A DNA stretch of 64,000 nucleotides from a virus: IMG/VR virus record IMGVR_UViG_3300027573_000023, positions 1 through 64,000 of that record; one strand, 5' to 3'. Of this stretch, positions 52,831 through 63,006 are shown one piece after another. The notes beneath the pieces are model-generated. The model was not told the origin of the DNA and made no database searches. It was given only the letters and a program-made list of their open reading frames with translations. Position 1 is the first letter of the stretch, and each line of letters opens with the position of its first letter. The translations under genes were made by a program, and so were the position numbers.

Positions 52831-53219
52831 TTTGCTGGAAAATTTATGTCATTTAATACCTTTTTACTGGAAAGATACAATAACTCTTGCTCTGTACCCT
52901 TTAAGAATTCCTCAGGATTAGGAACTTTGAAAGCTCTGTTGGTATCACCACTGTAACTTACTATAAAATCTTTTCTAAAATTTCTGAACTGTAAACCTTT
53001 TCCAAATTGCTTATCCCAATAAGGACTTGCAGTTTTACCTTTCAGATATTCATTATACTGTTCCTTTACCCTTTCAGGTTCATTAATTGATAAGTATTGC
53101 AAAGAACCATACTGTCCTTGCTGTACATACCAACCAAATACAATACAGTGGTTGTAGGCTACACCTACAAAATCACCAGGAGCTAAATCTCCTCCAATGT
53201 TTAGTGTTACTGTTTTCAT
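52827..53219 (-). CDS. Hypothetical protein (~130 aa), paralog of the downstream ORF
   Basis: Same motif. Start 53219 was chosen by alignment to the paralog; 53258 is the alternative. Confidence 0.7.
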   Translation of the reverse strand: MKTVTLNIGGDLAPGDFVGVAYNHCIVFGWYVQQGQYGSLQYLSINEPERVKEQYNEYLKGKTASPYWDKQFGKGLQFRNFRKDFIVSYSGDTNRAFKVPNPEEFLKGTEQELLYLSSKKVLNDINFPAK

Positions 53220-53247
53220 TTTGTTGATTTTTTCATTCATTAATACT

Positions 53248-53303
53248 TGTTTTTGCATATAATGATTGTTATTTCAATCATTTTAGCTGTTTTTGCATAT
53301 AAT
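53248..53303. repeat. 16-bp perfect direct repeat, 40-nt period
   Basis: TGTTTTTGCATATAAT at 53248-53263 and 53288-53303. Confidence 0.85.
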
Positions 53304-53311
53304 AACAGACA

Positions 53312-54043
53312 TTAGAAGGGTGCATCTATATGCAACCACGAGACTGTTTCTTCGTCTTTATCCAAAATATGTCTGTTCAACCATTCAAAACAGCCTTCTG
53401 TATCCCATTGGCCACCAGTGTAAGCAGCACTTGCAGGATGTTTGGCAGTGAATGTTGGGTTAGTAAGACATACTAAAGGCTCAAGGTGTCCTGCTTCTTT
53501 TCCTAAGAAAAGTACAGGCACTCCTGTTGGTCCAATGACCTCTTTAAGCAGGAATGTGGTGAATGGATGCCAAATAGCCATATGACTACCTGCTTTATCC
53601 TTTTCGACAGTGAGTGCTGTGTTTAGTAACATTACTCCCTGTTGGCTCAAATAACTTAAATCATCAATGTCTATATAATTTAAGTTTAATCCATTGAATA
53701 GCTCTCTCTCAATTCCTCCATAGAATTTCAAAAGAGTAGGTTGTGCTTTACCTGTAATTCTACAGTCCATTGCTACTCCTGAAGCAACTGGTGCTCCATT
53801 AACAAATTTAAAATATGGGTCCTGACATACTATAACACACTTGAGTTCTCTGAAATCTGTTTCAGCAAATGCTCTATATGTGTTCATTGATGCAGGAGCT
53901 ACCTTCTTACCTGCTTGAGTCTGTCCTCTGAGATAGGCATATATAGGATCAAATCCCCCTTCATCAAAGAAGGGTTTAATCTTATCTGCCCAAGTCCCAA
54001 ATAGGGGCTCAAACTTTTTCCATTCAAGTTTTGTCTTGCTCAT
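53312..54043 (-). CDS. ung: Uracil-DNA glycosylase (family 1-like)
   Basis: VIVCQDPY, LSQQGVMLLNTALTV...AGSH..IW, LFLGKEA, HPASAA. Confidence 0.85.
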   Translation of the reverse strand: MSKTKLEWKKFEPLFGTWADKIKPFFDEGGFDPIYAYLRGQTQAGKKVAPASMNTYRAFAETDFRELKCVIVCQDPYFKFVNGAPVASGVAMDCRITGKAQPTLLKFYGGIERELFNGLNLNYIDIDDLSYLSQQGVMLLNTALTVEKDKAGSHMAIWHPFTTFLLKEVIGPTGVPVLFLGKEAGHLEPLVCLTNPTFTAKHPASAAYTGGQWDTEGCFEWLNRHILDKDEETVSWLHIDAPF

Positions 54044-54206
54044 CTTTTAATAATGATTCTAAATCTAAAACGACTGTCTTATAGACATTCTTTTTAGCAA
54101 TTAATCTTGTTTTACCTATCTCAGTATTGCTTACTAATATCATTTCACTAAGACTTTTGATTCTTCTTTTATAGGCTGCTATGAGATCTTCTATATCTTC
54201 TTTCAT
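54024..54206 (-). CDS. Hypothetical protein (60 aa)
   Basis: ATGA-coupled ORF. Confidence 0.6.
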   Translation of the reverse strand: MKEDIEDLIAAYKRRIKSLSEMILVSNTEIGKTRLIAKKNVYKTVVLDLESLLKDEQDKT

Positions 54207-55213
54207 AATAGTCCTTTTTCTTTAAAAATTCTTTCTAATGTAGTCATGCCTTTCTGTCTTGCCAGTTCTGCCCAATCCTTAATATCATCCTTAAGATACT
54301 CTCTTGGGACATTGATATAATCAAATCCAAGCAGGGATGTAATCTGTTGAGAACTGGTTACTCCTGCAATATCACTATCAAAGGATAGAATTTGTCTATT
54401 AGAATTCTCTCTTAAAAATTCAACATTCTCTTTTGTGAAACATCCAATACTCTCGCTCTGAATTGCACAGGTGCTTTGTATGAGCTTTTTTACCACCATA
54501 TAGTCTTTCTTACTCTTATTGATAAAAACGAAGCTATTAGGGTTTAAATTTAGTTTTCCCTCTATAGTGGAAAAAGGAACATTACTTGGTGTCCATTTTC
54601 TTCTTCTGTCTTTAACATGTGGTCTGTAGATTTTCCAATGTCCATCATAATAATAGCCAAATCTTAAATCACTATCATTTAATTGGAATAACTGTTTATT
54701 CATAAACACTTTCTTTACAGAGAAAACATTGTTCTCTCTCAAGTCATCTATGTTCTGATGAAATTCATTCCAATAAGCTAATTCTTCTTTAGTGAATGGT
54801 CTTGTTATTACCTGGATATGTGAGTATCTCTTCCCAAGTTCTTCTGGCTGTTCATATTCACTTTTGATGAATTTATAAGCAGCTGTGTTCGTTTGATCCC
54901 CTGACAGCCCCAATCCAAAATCTTTATCAATTCTTTTTAACACTTCATTGATATCCTTAAGTCCCTCTATCATTTTTACGAAAGTGAAACAGTCTCCTCT
55001 TCTGAGATTGTCTGCAAAATCTACAAATAATAGGTTGCCAGATCTATTTCCTATCATAAATGAAGGATGTGTATCTGTTCTAAAAGGTGAATGAAATGCT
55101 TGATTGACTTTCCAGTTCTTTTCAGGACAATAGAACCTGAATATATCGTATGGTGTAAGTCTTTGGAATATGGTTTCAGGAGTAAGTTCTATTTTTTTAG
55201 CTCCTCCTATCAT
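54203..55213 (-). CDS. DNA primase (crAss-like, TOPRIM-type)
   Basis: SPFRTDTHPSF...DF...GDCFTFV N-terminal domain; KSKKD, QSES and FDSDIAG...KDWAE C-terminal motifs. Confidence 0.8.
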   Translation of the reverse strand: MIGGAKKIELTPETIFQRLTPYDIFRFYCPEKNWKVNQAFHSPFRTDTHPSFMIGNRSGNLLFVDFADNLRRGDCFTFVKMIEGLKDINEVLKRIDKDFGLGLSGDQTNTAAYKFIKSEYEQPEELGKRYSHIQVITRPFTKEELAYWNEFHQNIDDLRENNVFSVKKVFMNKQLFQLNDSDLRFGYYYDGHWKIYRPHVKDRRRKWTPSNVPFSTIEGKLNLNPNSFVFINKSKKDYMVVKKLIQSTCAIQSESIGCFTKENVEFLRENSNRQILSFDSDIAGVTSSQQITSLLGFDYINVPREYLKDDIKDWAELARQKGMTTLERIFKEKGLL

Positions 55214-55218
55214 TATAG

Positions 55219-55252
55219 AAAAATAAAAAGCCCCTGTTTTACGAGGGGCTTT
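55219..55252 (-). terminator. Intrinsic terminator after the putative SSB gene
   Basis: AAAGCCCCT-CGTAAAAC-AGGGGCTTT followed by TTATTTTT on the - strand. Confidence 0.75.
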
Positions 55253-55258
55253 GATTAT

Positions 55259-56134
55259 TTAATAATCAGATCCCCCATCAGTTAAAGGAGCATCTGTAGC
55301 CACTGGATTGTCTGCTGGATCATACTCTTTCAAATCTTTGAATTTGTAATAATCTTTACAGCCATACTCTCCAATCACTTTTAACACAAATCTTTCATAA
55401 GGTTTTAAATCTTTTGAAGGTTTGGTTTTCAAAGCTTCTTGTACTTCTTCGTTATCAAAGTCGATAACTCTGAAATGTTTGAATGTATAAACAGGGAAAA
55501 ATCCTCTGTTAAACACTCCTTGGTACTCTTTGGACTCTCCTTCCACATCTTTTACGATGATAGTAGATAAACATCCAACTTCGCCTGCCCATTCTCCATT
55601 CACTTGCTCTCTAAGCTCTTTCACATCACCTTTCATCAGTTTTTTCCAATTCAAAGCTAATGTGGTTTCTGCTTCACGATAGTCAAGCTTGTTTAACCAG
55701 GCTCTCATGAATTCAAACAAATCTTCCTCTCCTGAGTAAGCTGTTCTATAATCACGTTTCACGAACCAATCAGGCAAATCGCTTTCGTTTTCTGCCCAAG
55801 CACAATTACCAATACTATTGATATATTGTGTTTTGGTTTCATCTTTGTTCAATCTAACCTTATCTTCTAAGAAGAAGGTCACCTTCACTGGTTTGTCTTT
55901 TTCACCATCTGCATTTTTCTTTACATTCTGTAGCCAGAAGTCAACACGTAAGATTGTGTTTCCTTCTCTTTCACCTAAATACTCAGCAGCTTTGCTGTCT
56001 TCTTTTAACTCCATCCCAAGAATCTCTCTGTATTCTTTTTCTGTTGGATTAACAACTAACACTGTAGCTGCAAATAGGCCTACTTTTTTTACAAACTCGC
56101 CTGATTCTCTTTTTTTACCTCCAATTGAACTCAT
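55259..56134 (-). CDS. Putative single-stranded DNA-binding/replication protein (291 aa)
   Basis: Sits between the AAA ATPase and primase; acidic C-terminal tail ending DGGSDY. Function is inferred from context. Confidence 0.5.
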   Translation of the reverse strand: MSSIGGKKRESGEFVKKVGLFAATVLVVNPTEKEYREILGMELKEDSKAAEYLGEREGNTILRVDFWLQNVKKNADGEKDKPVKVTFFLEDKVRLNKDETKTQYINSIGNCAWAENESDLPDWFVKRDYRTAYSGEEDLFEFMRAWLNKLDYREAETTLALNWKKLMKGDVKELREQVNGEWAGEVGCLSTIIVKDVEGESKEYQGVFNRGFFPVYTFKHFRVIDFDNEEVQEALKTKPSKDLKPYERFVLKVIGEYGCKDYYKFKDLKEYDPADNPVATDAPLTDGGSDY

Positions 56135-56152
56135 TTTTTCCTAATTTTTAAA

Positions 56153-56989
56153 TTATTTGTAAATATCATCCCAAAAGGTAGTCGTATTACCATCTGGATC
56201 TTGGTCTGAAATTAAGACACGACCTTTTAATTGTGGAGCTCTGCTACCAGCAACGATGCTATCATTCAATACATCAAAATTGAGGTATCTCTTTTTCTCA
56301 TCAGCAACCAGTTTAGCCAAAGCTGTAACTTTTGAAGCAAAGATTCGCTTCAATTGCCCTGTTAATGCTATTTCACTGCCTATCACATCCTCTTTTCCAT
56401 TATCCTTAATGTACTTATCAGTAATGTGAGCAGCATAGATTCTATAGGGACTTATCTGTCTGAAGAAATCAATCTGTTGCATGAACCACATTCTGGTGTG
56501 GTAATAACCACCTCCATCAGGTAAGCTTAGCACACTCTTGAATTCTGGATCTGTAGGTTCATACTTCTTACCTGTTTCTGTACCTCCTGCTCTATTGAAT
56601 TTTTTACCAACTATGGTATTCATATACGCAAGAGTGCCTCCCAATTCAGATAAATCATCTAAATCAGAAAGTCCATCGATAATAAGGAATTCGTATTTAC
56701 CTTTTTGCTCAAGCAGAGCATTTCTAAACTTGATATAGTTTAGGAAACTCTCATAGCGAGAGGTCTGGTCATTTGTGTACGTTGATAGTTTTCTGGCAGG
56801 TATGTACTCATAGCCTCCCTTTTCTAAATCTAGTACAATTGCATTTTTTTGTGTAGTCAGTGATCCTAAAATTGTTCCTTTGCCCATCTTTGGAATACTG
56901 ACGATCACAAGGTCTTTTGGCGAGCTTTGTGTTACAGGTGTGATGTCCTCTGGTAATTCTATTCCTTCTTTTGTTTTTGTGTTTTCCAT
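56153..56989 (-). CDS. AAA-family (Sak4/AAA_24-like) ATPase
   Basis: SIPKMGKGT Walker A variant, LDLEKG, LIIDGLSDL, DGGGY, AAH. Confidence 0.75.
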   Translation of the reverse strand: MENTKTKEGIELPEDITPVTQSSPKDLVIVSIPKMGKGTILGSLTTQKNAIVLDLEKGGYEYIPARKLSTYTNDQTSRYESFLNYIKFRNALLEQKGKYEFLIIDGLSDLDDLSELGGTLAYMNTIVGKKFNRAGGTETGKKYEPTDPEFKSVLSLPDGGGYYHTRMWFMQQIDFFRQISPYRIYAAHITDKYIKDNGKEDVIGSEIALTGQLKRIFASKVTALAKLVADEKKRYLNFDVLNDSIVAGSRAPQLKGRVLISDQDPDGNTTTFWDDIYK

Positions 56990-57066
56990 TTTTACTTATT
57001 ATTATTTGCTACTAATTTACACATGTCTTCAGTTAATGGGTCAAAAGTTGAGGTTCTCATTGTAAA

Positions 57067-57381
57067 TTATAGAAAGTTTTTTCTAAACTCTTTTACAGTT
57101 GTTATATTAACTTCCTCTCCATCTTTTAAAGCTTCCCAAGCCTTTCTTGTCATAATGAGATCTGCTGTGTGGTCATTACCAATTCCTATATTAATACTTA
57201 CAGTATCTACAAAGAATTCTGTTTTAAATCCAGCTTTGTTTACTGCAACACAAGCTTTAGGACTGATTTTAATCTCTTTACCTAAATTATCAAACTTAAG
57301 TATAATTTGATCATAAGTTCTTGTTGCAGTTGGAGAATCCTGGTTAACCATTTTTACTCCAATTTCTTCACCTTTTTTCAT
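57067..57381 (-). CDS. Hypothetical protein (104 aa)
   Basis: ORF directly downstream of a consensus promoter. Confidence 0.7.
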   Translation of the reverse strand: MKKGEEIGVKMVNQDSPTATRTYDQIILKFDNLGKEIKISPKACVAVNKAGFKTEFFVDTVSINIGIGNDHTADLIMTRKAWEALKDGEEVNITTVKEFRKNFL

Positions 57382-57411
57382 AATTTTGTTCTATTTTTAT
57401 AATTATAGAAA

Positions 57412-57443
57412 CAAATATACAAAAATTGATTTAAACTTACAAA
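57412..57443 (-). promoter_or_regulatory. Full-consensus Bacteroidota sigma-A promoter
   Basis: - strand TTTG-N20-TATATTTG, matching the -33 TTTG / -7 TAnnTTTG consensus, in an intergenic gap. Confidence 0.8.
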
Positions 57444-57494
57444 TTTTAACTTGTTTTTATCATTTGGTTTCTAACGTAGTTAATTATTTTTGGA

Positions 57495-58595
57495 CTATAA
57501 AGATACATCTTTTTCTCGATTCAACCAAACAATTCTCTCACCATTTATGTTCGCAAGTGCTGATTTTAGCCACTCTAGCTGAAATTTCTTATTAGTTGTA
57601 AAGATATGAATATCAGAGTGATCAGTGTCTAATAACAGGCTTCTTCCTAACATTTGTTCAAGATTTTCACTGTTAGAATTAATTGAAGTGATTAGAATGT
57701 TATCCAGGTTTGGATATGTTACACCTGCAGATCCCTTCTTAATTAAACAAAGTTGATTAATTTCTCCTTTGATAAAAGACTGCAGTACACTGTCATCTTT
57801 ACTCTTGCTGTTGAACATTGGAATTTTGAATTTCTTTCCAGTTTCTTCATTCTCTGTAAAGATTATGAATCTCTTGTTAGGATTACTTATTATCCAACTT
57901 ACAACAGTAGAGATCAAAGAACCATTAGAGTTTATGAATCTCATTCTGGCTAAAGCAGCCAACATCTTCTTGTTTCCATGTAATCTTTCTACATTTTTGT
58001 TGAGACGCATCAATTCTCCCACATCTGTATTCCACCATCTTCTAAGCTTACCACCAAATTGTCTTCTTGTCACTGGATCTAACGTGTATTCATGCACGTA
58101 TACTGTGTAATCACTAATAAGACCATCTTCAATCGCTTGCTCTGTTGTATAGTTTACAATCATTGGTAAACTCGTATGGATCCTGAGATCTGCAAGAGTT
58201 GTTTTATTATATGTACCAGATGCGAATATCACATGTTCATAATCCTTAGCCATTTGTCCAGCTATAGGTAGTTTGTGCTCTTCAGGAATAAGATGAGCCT
58301 CATCAAAGACAACATAATCCCAATCTCCATCCTTAACCTTTTCCATACTAACAAAAGTACAATAGGTAATTTGCATAGGACACCCAATCTTAATACATTC
58401 ATCTTCCCAAGAGTTCTTTATATCAATATTTGGATAAAGTACCAATACTTTTGGGTTGTCTATTTTTGAATGTGCCTTTATAGCAGTAATCAGTATTCTA
58501 GTCTTCCCAGATCTAACACTTGATAACACTATTCCTCTAAAATCTGCATTAACTATCTCATAGAGGATTCTTCTCTGTATTTGGTCTTTTGTCAT
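57495..58595 (-). CDS. Superfamily 2 helicase-like protein (compact)
   Basis: SVRSGKT, VFDEAH, ASGT, AGVTYPNL, QMLGR. Confidence 0.8.
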   Translation of the reverse strand: MTKDQIQRRILYEIVNADFRGIVLSSVRSGKTRILITAIKAHSKIDNPKVLVLYPNIDIKNSWEDECIKIGCPMQITYCTFVSMEKVKDGDWDYVVFDEAHLIPEEHKLPIAGQMAKDYEHVIFASGTYNKTTLADLRIHTSLPMIVNYTTEQAIEDGLISDYTVYVHEYTLDPVTRRQFGGKLRRWWNTDVGELMRLNKNVERLHGNKKMLAALARMRFINSNGSLISTVVSWIISNPNKRFIIFTENEETGKKFKIPMFNSKSKDDSVLQSFIKGEINQLCLIKKGSAGVTYPNLDNILITSINSNSENLEQMLGRSLLLDTDHSDIHIFTTNKKFQLEWLKSALANINGERIVWLNREKDVSL

Positions 58596-59653
58596 CTTAT
58601 AAAAAATGATTTATCAATCACAGAAGCATAATCTGTATCTGTAATATCCTTTTTCTTAGGAAGCTCCTTGAACATCCCAATTTCACCATGAAATGCCAAT
58701 CCTATTCTAATATCATCACTACCATAACTATTTTTTATTATCCTTAAGCTCCTAAAGAACTTGGATCCTGTGCTATCCACAAGCTTGGCAGTATCATATC
58801 CAGATGGGTCTGGCACCTTATATCTCACTGGGTCAAAGAGTGCCATAACTACATCAGCATCATTCTGCGTTTGTGAGCTATCAGCAAAATCTTCCAGTTG
58901 AGGTTCAACATCTCCATTCTTAATTCTATTAATATTGGAGATGTCTCTATTAAATTGACTCACAACCACTGGGCTAAACCCATAGAAATCCCTGGCATAT
59001 CTAAGCTCATCAGACATCTTGTCTATACGATCTTTTTTATTTGGAAAATCCTTGGTTGCTTTCAACAAACCAATATGGTCAACAACAATCAGAGTGATAG
59101 TATTCTCATCATCAGGTACATACCTTTTGTTGTACTGATCAATCTGTTCTATGTGACCATTCTCTAAAGCATATTCTTTGATATCCTTGGCAATACCTAT
59201 TGGGTTTTCTGAACCATCAATAATAGTAACAATCTCTTCTACTTGTTTGATATAATCTTCATAAGAAAGGAACAATTCATATTCCTCAGGACTCATTCTA
59301 TCGTTCCAGCCCAAAAGCTTTGCTACAGGTATACTATATCCTGTGTCAAGAAATATCTTTCTTGCCACCCATTTAGCTAACTTGTACGTTCTGCTTCTTT
59401 CCATTGAACGATAAATGATTTTGAGTTTTATGTTTGATTTACCTTTCTGTGAAATATACCAATCAACAGGGTTGAGTATGAATGCATCATCCACAAAGGA
59501 AGTCTTTCCTGAACCAGTCAGACCTCCAATGAGATAATACATGCTTTTTCTTATTCCTATATAATGATTGAGTCTGTTGAAACCCATTGGTATCCCACCA
59601 TTTCTACCTTCTATGCCTTTTATTACTTCAGTCTTTAAGTCTTGAAAACTCAT
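58592..59653 (-). CDS. DnaB-like replicative helicase
   Basis: GGLTGSGKTSF, SME, VVDHIGLL, VSQFNR, DADVVMALF, KNSYG. Confidence 0.88.
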   Translation of the reverse strand: MSFQDLKTEVIKGIEGRNGGIPMGFNRLNHYIGIRKSMYYLIGGLTGSGKTSFVDDAFILNPVDWYISQKGKSNIKLKIIYRSMERSRTYKLAKWVARKIFLDTGYSIPVAKLLGWNDRMSPEEYELFLSYEDYIKQVEEIVTIIDGSENPIGIAKDIKEYALENGHIEQIDQYNKRYVPDDENTITLIVVDHIGLLKATKDFPNKKDRIDKMSDELRYARDFYGFSPVVVSQFNRDISNINRIKNGDVEPQLEDFADSSQTQNDADVVMALFDPVRYKVPDPSGYDTAKLVDSTGSKFFRSLRIIKNSYGSDDIRIGLAFHGEIGMFKELPKKKDITDTDYASVIDKSFFIR

Positions 59654-60270
59654 ATATCTGTTCCCCCTCCTGATGCACTGCTTGTATAAGGTACACCTTT
59701 TTCTATCATATCTATGAAAGGCACATAATGCCCATCATTTATGAATGTATAACTGTTCTGAAGATATGTGAGCTCATTGGATTTCTTCCTTAAAGAAGAT
59801 TCCTTTTTAAGAGTCACAACATAGTTTAATGCGTCAATCAATTGTCTTGCAGTATATACTCCTTCATTTAGAATAGCATTGAATTTCAATTTACACTTTT
59901 CTTTTTGAACTCGCATTCCCCTGCTTCCTGTAAAGACTCTTCCTTTATACTCAAAGTGGTCTGTACCTGGGAAAGATTCCCACCATTCATCAAAGTCTTT
60001 AGTGGAAAGTTTCTTTCTCACCATAGGAACAGCAATCTTGCTTGCCATGAACTCTAACAACTCATTCCCGGGAATTGTTATCTTGTTCTCATCAGTAAGC
60101 AAACCTTTTCTAACCAAGCTCTGATGCATAGCGTCAAGCTTCATGTTGTCTGTAATAAAGAGGTTTATATCGTGGCCCTCTTTAACAAGCATCAGTAGGA
60201 ATACATGGTCAAGGTTGTAACCTTTTTTTACCAATTCCAGAAAATGCTCTTTTGTTAGTTTTATTTGCAT
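59650..60270 (-). CDS. Replication-associated protein (possible initiator/helicase loader)
   Basis: FDEWWESFP and YLQNSYTFIN motifs; immediately upstream of the DnaB-like gene. Confidence 0.5.
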   Translation of the reverse strand: MQIKLTKEHFLELVKKGYNLDHVFLLMLVKEGHDINLFITDNMKLDAMHQSLVRKGLLTDENKITIPGNELLEFMASKIAVPMVRKKLSTKDFDEWWESFPGTDHFEYKGRVFTGSRGMRVQKEKCKLKFNAILNEGVYTARQLIDALNYVVTLKKESSLRKKSNELTYLQNSYTFINDGHYVPFIDMIEKGVPYTSSASGGGTDI

Positions 60271-60406
60271 TTTTTTTAGTTTTAACTATTATTTTAGCTG
60301 GCTGTCTTTCCTCTTCATAACGAGGGTCTAACATACTCATAAGATGTCTGTCTGATTCCAGCTCCCAATCAAATAGATCTACAAAGTTAATCGAATATTT
60401 GTCCAT
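60209..60406 (-). CDS. Hypothetical protein (65 aa)
   Basis: ORF in operon. Confidence 0.5.
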   Translation of the reverse strand: MDKYSINFVDLFDWELESDRHLMSMLDPRYEEERQPAKIIVKTKKNANKTNKRAFSGIGKKRLQP

Positions 60407-60408
60407 AA

Positions 60409-60669
60409 TTATCCTTTTATTCTTAATCCAAATGACAAATTAAACCATTCAAAAGTATGTTCAGCTTTTTTAGTATTGCATTTGAATACTTTTTTTATTA
60501 ATTTAATAGTATACTTCTTGAACTCAAGATGTTGAGCAAGTGTCATAGTATTATTAAAATACCATTCTTCGTCGTCCAATGTATCTAGCATTGTCTTACC
60601 TACCATTTCTAACTCCTTCTCTATTAAGTGACGAGTTATAGTTTCTCTATTGATCTTAACTGGTTCCAT
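60409..60669 (-). CDS. Hypothetical protein (86 aa)
   Basis: ORF in operon. Confidence 0.7.
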   Translation of the reverse strand: MEPVKINRETITRHLIEKELEMVGKTMLDTLDDEEWYFNNTMTLAQHLEFKKYTIKLIKKVFKCNTKKAEHTFEWFNLSFGLRIKG

Positions 60670-60998
60670 ATATATCCAATTTGTTTATACCAGGGTTTAC
60701 TTACTTGAATCATCTTTTGAATGAATAGTTTTCTTTGTTTCCATTCTCCTCTAGGCCACCAATACATTGAGTCTTCCTCATCACCTAAATAATCCTTATC
60801 TGCAATGAATTCAATATGTCTCCATTGTGTAGGTTTGTTTTTAGATAGGTGTTTTCTCAAGGCTAATTCTTCCTTAAAAGTTATGATATCATCATCATAC
60901 ATCTCTTGAAATAAATGACAGAAACCATAATATTTCCCATCAGGAACATCTTGTATATATTCATATACAATTTTGTAAAGTTCAGTTAATTTTCTCAT
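60636..60998 (-). CDS. Hypothetical protein (120 aa)
   Basis: ORF in operon. Confidence 0.65.
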   Translation of the reverse strand: MRKLTELYKIVYEYIQDVPDGKYYGFCHLFQEMYDDDIITFKEELALRKHLSKNKPTQWRHIEFIADKDYLGDEEDSMYWWPRGEWKQRKLFIQKMIQVSKPWYKQIGYIWNQLRSIEKL

Positions 60999-61002
60999 AG
61001 CG

Positions 61003-63006
61003 TTATTTAGCTTCTCCCCAACTGTTTCCTATGTTGGCATCAGCTTTAATTGTTAAGTTAGTTAAATAGTGATTTCCTGCTTGTAGCATTGCTACTTCTA
61101 CTGCATTTCTAGCTTGTTCTTCAAAACCTTCTATAACTTCAACGACTAATTCATCATGAACAGAATTACAAATTTTTACTATCCATTGAAGTTCGTTATC
61201 AACAATCCATTCAAATAATAGTGCTCCTGCCAACTTAATTTGGTGGGCGCCCCTAGTTTGAACTGGATTGTTGAGGCAGAGTCTGAGGTATTCTGAGCGC
61301 AGTTTGAAGTACTTAGAGACGAATTTCTTCTTTTCCTTGTAAAGTTCAACGCTTGCTGGAAATTGTAACTCATATTTGTTACCCTTCTCTTTCTCCTCCT
61401 GTAGTTTTTTATAATCATTTTTGCCAATTTTATACTTAGTCCACTCATCCCTTGTGATTGCATCTGTTTTTGCTTTAGCGTCTAAAAATTCATCATAATA
61501 AGGAAGCTTAAGCCTCCAACCATCAACTGACTCAATATAGCCAACTTTAATAGCTTTGTTCAGTACTTTTTCTCCCCAGGTATACATACCTGCATGTAAA
61601 TTCTTGAAAGCATCTTCAATTTCTTGTGCTCTCTTCATAGGAATACCCTCTTTCTGGTGTATGGTAAAAGCATTACCTCCATATTGGAAGGCAAATCTTG
61701 GTGATTTAGCAGCCTGTCTTTTATCCTTATACTCTTTCTTGATGGTTTCATCATCAAAATTTTCAAGTTCAGGAAATAACACTCTTGCAAAAGCACAATG
61801 CAAATCACTGTCTTCTGTAACAGCCAGAGTCATAGCTTCATCTCCTGATAAATCAGCAGCAATAACAGTTTCCTGTCCACTATAATCACAAACTATCATT
61901 ACGTGGCCTGGGTTGGCCACAAAGCAATCTCTTGTTTCATGGTCCTTAGGAAAATTTAGAAAATTTATGTGTCCCTGTCTGGTAGATAGTCTTGCTGTAT
62001 CAACCATTGGGTTGAAATTGGTATAAATACGCTCATCTTCAATCTTCTGATATACACCATCTCCAAATGTAGTGACACGATGTGTAGCATTTTGATATTT
62101 AAGCCACATTTCTACAAATTCATGTTTTGATTTGCTTATAACATCAGCATTAATACTGTCCTTATCATACTTATCCTTGGTAGGAATACCAAAAGCATTG
62201 AATACTTTCAGCATTTGCTTTGGAGAAGTAACCTCAACAGTAATTCTCTTGATATCATCAAACATATCATACTGTCTATTGGCAAATTGTGGAAGATTAT
62301 CATAAATATAGTCCTCAATTGTTCTTTTCCATTCAAAAGAATCAATTATATCCTGATTCATTTTGGCTTTCCAATGTTTGCTTGAGATAGGAAGACCACA
62401 CTGCTCCATGTAGGCCAACGCTTTCACATATCTGCAATGTAGCATATAGGTAGCAGTCTGACCATTCTCTCTGATTTTCTGATACATAGCCTCTTCTAAT
62501 TCAAGAAGTCTGTCTACATCATTGAATGAATAATCTATTGTGCTCTGTTGTGAAAGTTTTACTATATGAATATTCTTTTGCTCTGTCTTATCGTAAACAA
62601 CTCCAAGCTCTCTAAACATTACAGCACCAAAATCATGTCTGATTGCAAGTTCTCCATTATACAGTATTTTACTTGCAAGCATTGTATCTCTTACCTCTAC
62701 AGGCCAGAAATCATACTTATAAAAGAAACCTAAATCAAATTGAATATTGTGTCCTACTAAGACTTTACCTTGTATATATGGTATAAGATCTTCAAAATAA
62801 TAATTGTTATCATACATTACTATGATATAGTTATTCTCTCCTGTTCCTATTTGCACACAAAATATTTCATTGTGTCTTGCTGTCAATCCTGTAGTTTCAG
62901 TATCTATTGCAATCTTGTTTGGAAGTATCATATCCTCAAGATTGCAATAGTTGTACTCTCCTATTTTATCAAAGAACTCAGGATGTTTTGTTATTATATA
63001 ATTCAT
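61003..63006 (-). CDS. polA: DNA polymerase family A with 3'-5' exonuclease
   Basis: IAIDTETTGL, GHNIQFD, DTARLS, motif A DYSGQE, motif B RQAAKSPRFAFQYGG, motif C VHDELV. Confidence 0.95.
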   Translation of the reverse strand: MNYIITKHPEFFDKIGEYNYCNLEDMILPNKIAIDTETTGLTARHNEIFCVQIGTGENNYIIVMYDNNYYFEDLIPYIQGKVLVGHNIQFDLGFFYKYDFWPVEVRDTMLASKILYNGELAIRHDFGAVMFRELGVVYDKTEQKNIHIVKLSQQSTIDYSFNDVDRLLELEEAMYQKIRENGQTATYMLHCRYVKALAYMEQCGLPISSKHWKAKMNQDIIDSFEWKRTIEDYIYDNLPQFANRQYDMFDDIKRITVEVTSPKQMLKVFNAFGIPTKDKYDKDSINADVISKSKHEFVEMWLKYQNATHRVTTFGDGVYQKIEDERIYTNFNPMVDTARLSTRQGHINFLNFPKDHETRDCFVANPGHVMIVCDYSGQETVIAADLSGDEAMTLAVTEDSDLHCAFARVLFPELENFDDETIKKEYKDKRQAAKSPRFAFQYGGNAFTIHQKEGIPMKRAQEIEDAFKNLHAGMYTWGEKVLNKAIKVGYIESVDGWRLKLPYYDEFLDAKAKTDAITRDEWTKYKIGKNDYKKLQEEKEKGNKYELQFPASVELYKEKKKFVSKYFKLRSEYLRLCLNNPVQTRGAHQIKLAGALLFEWIVDNELQWIVKICNSVHDELVVEVIEGFEEQARNAVEVAMLQAGNHYLTNLTIKADANIGNSWGEAK

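Noticed and set aside
61003-63006. Intein or intron in polA, and likewise in the helicase or RecA
   Set aside because: Sizes are normal; no C...HN splice motifs or ORF breaks. The Lys-rich insertion in polA is short and lacks intein features.
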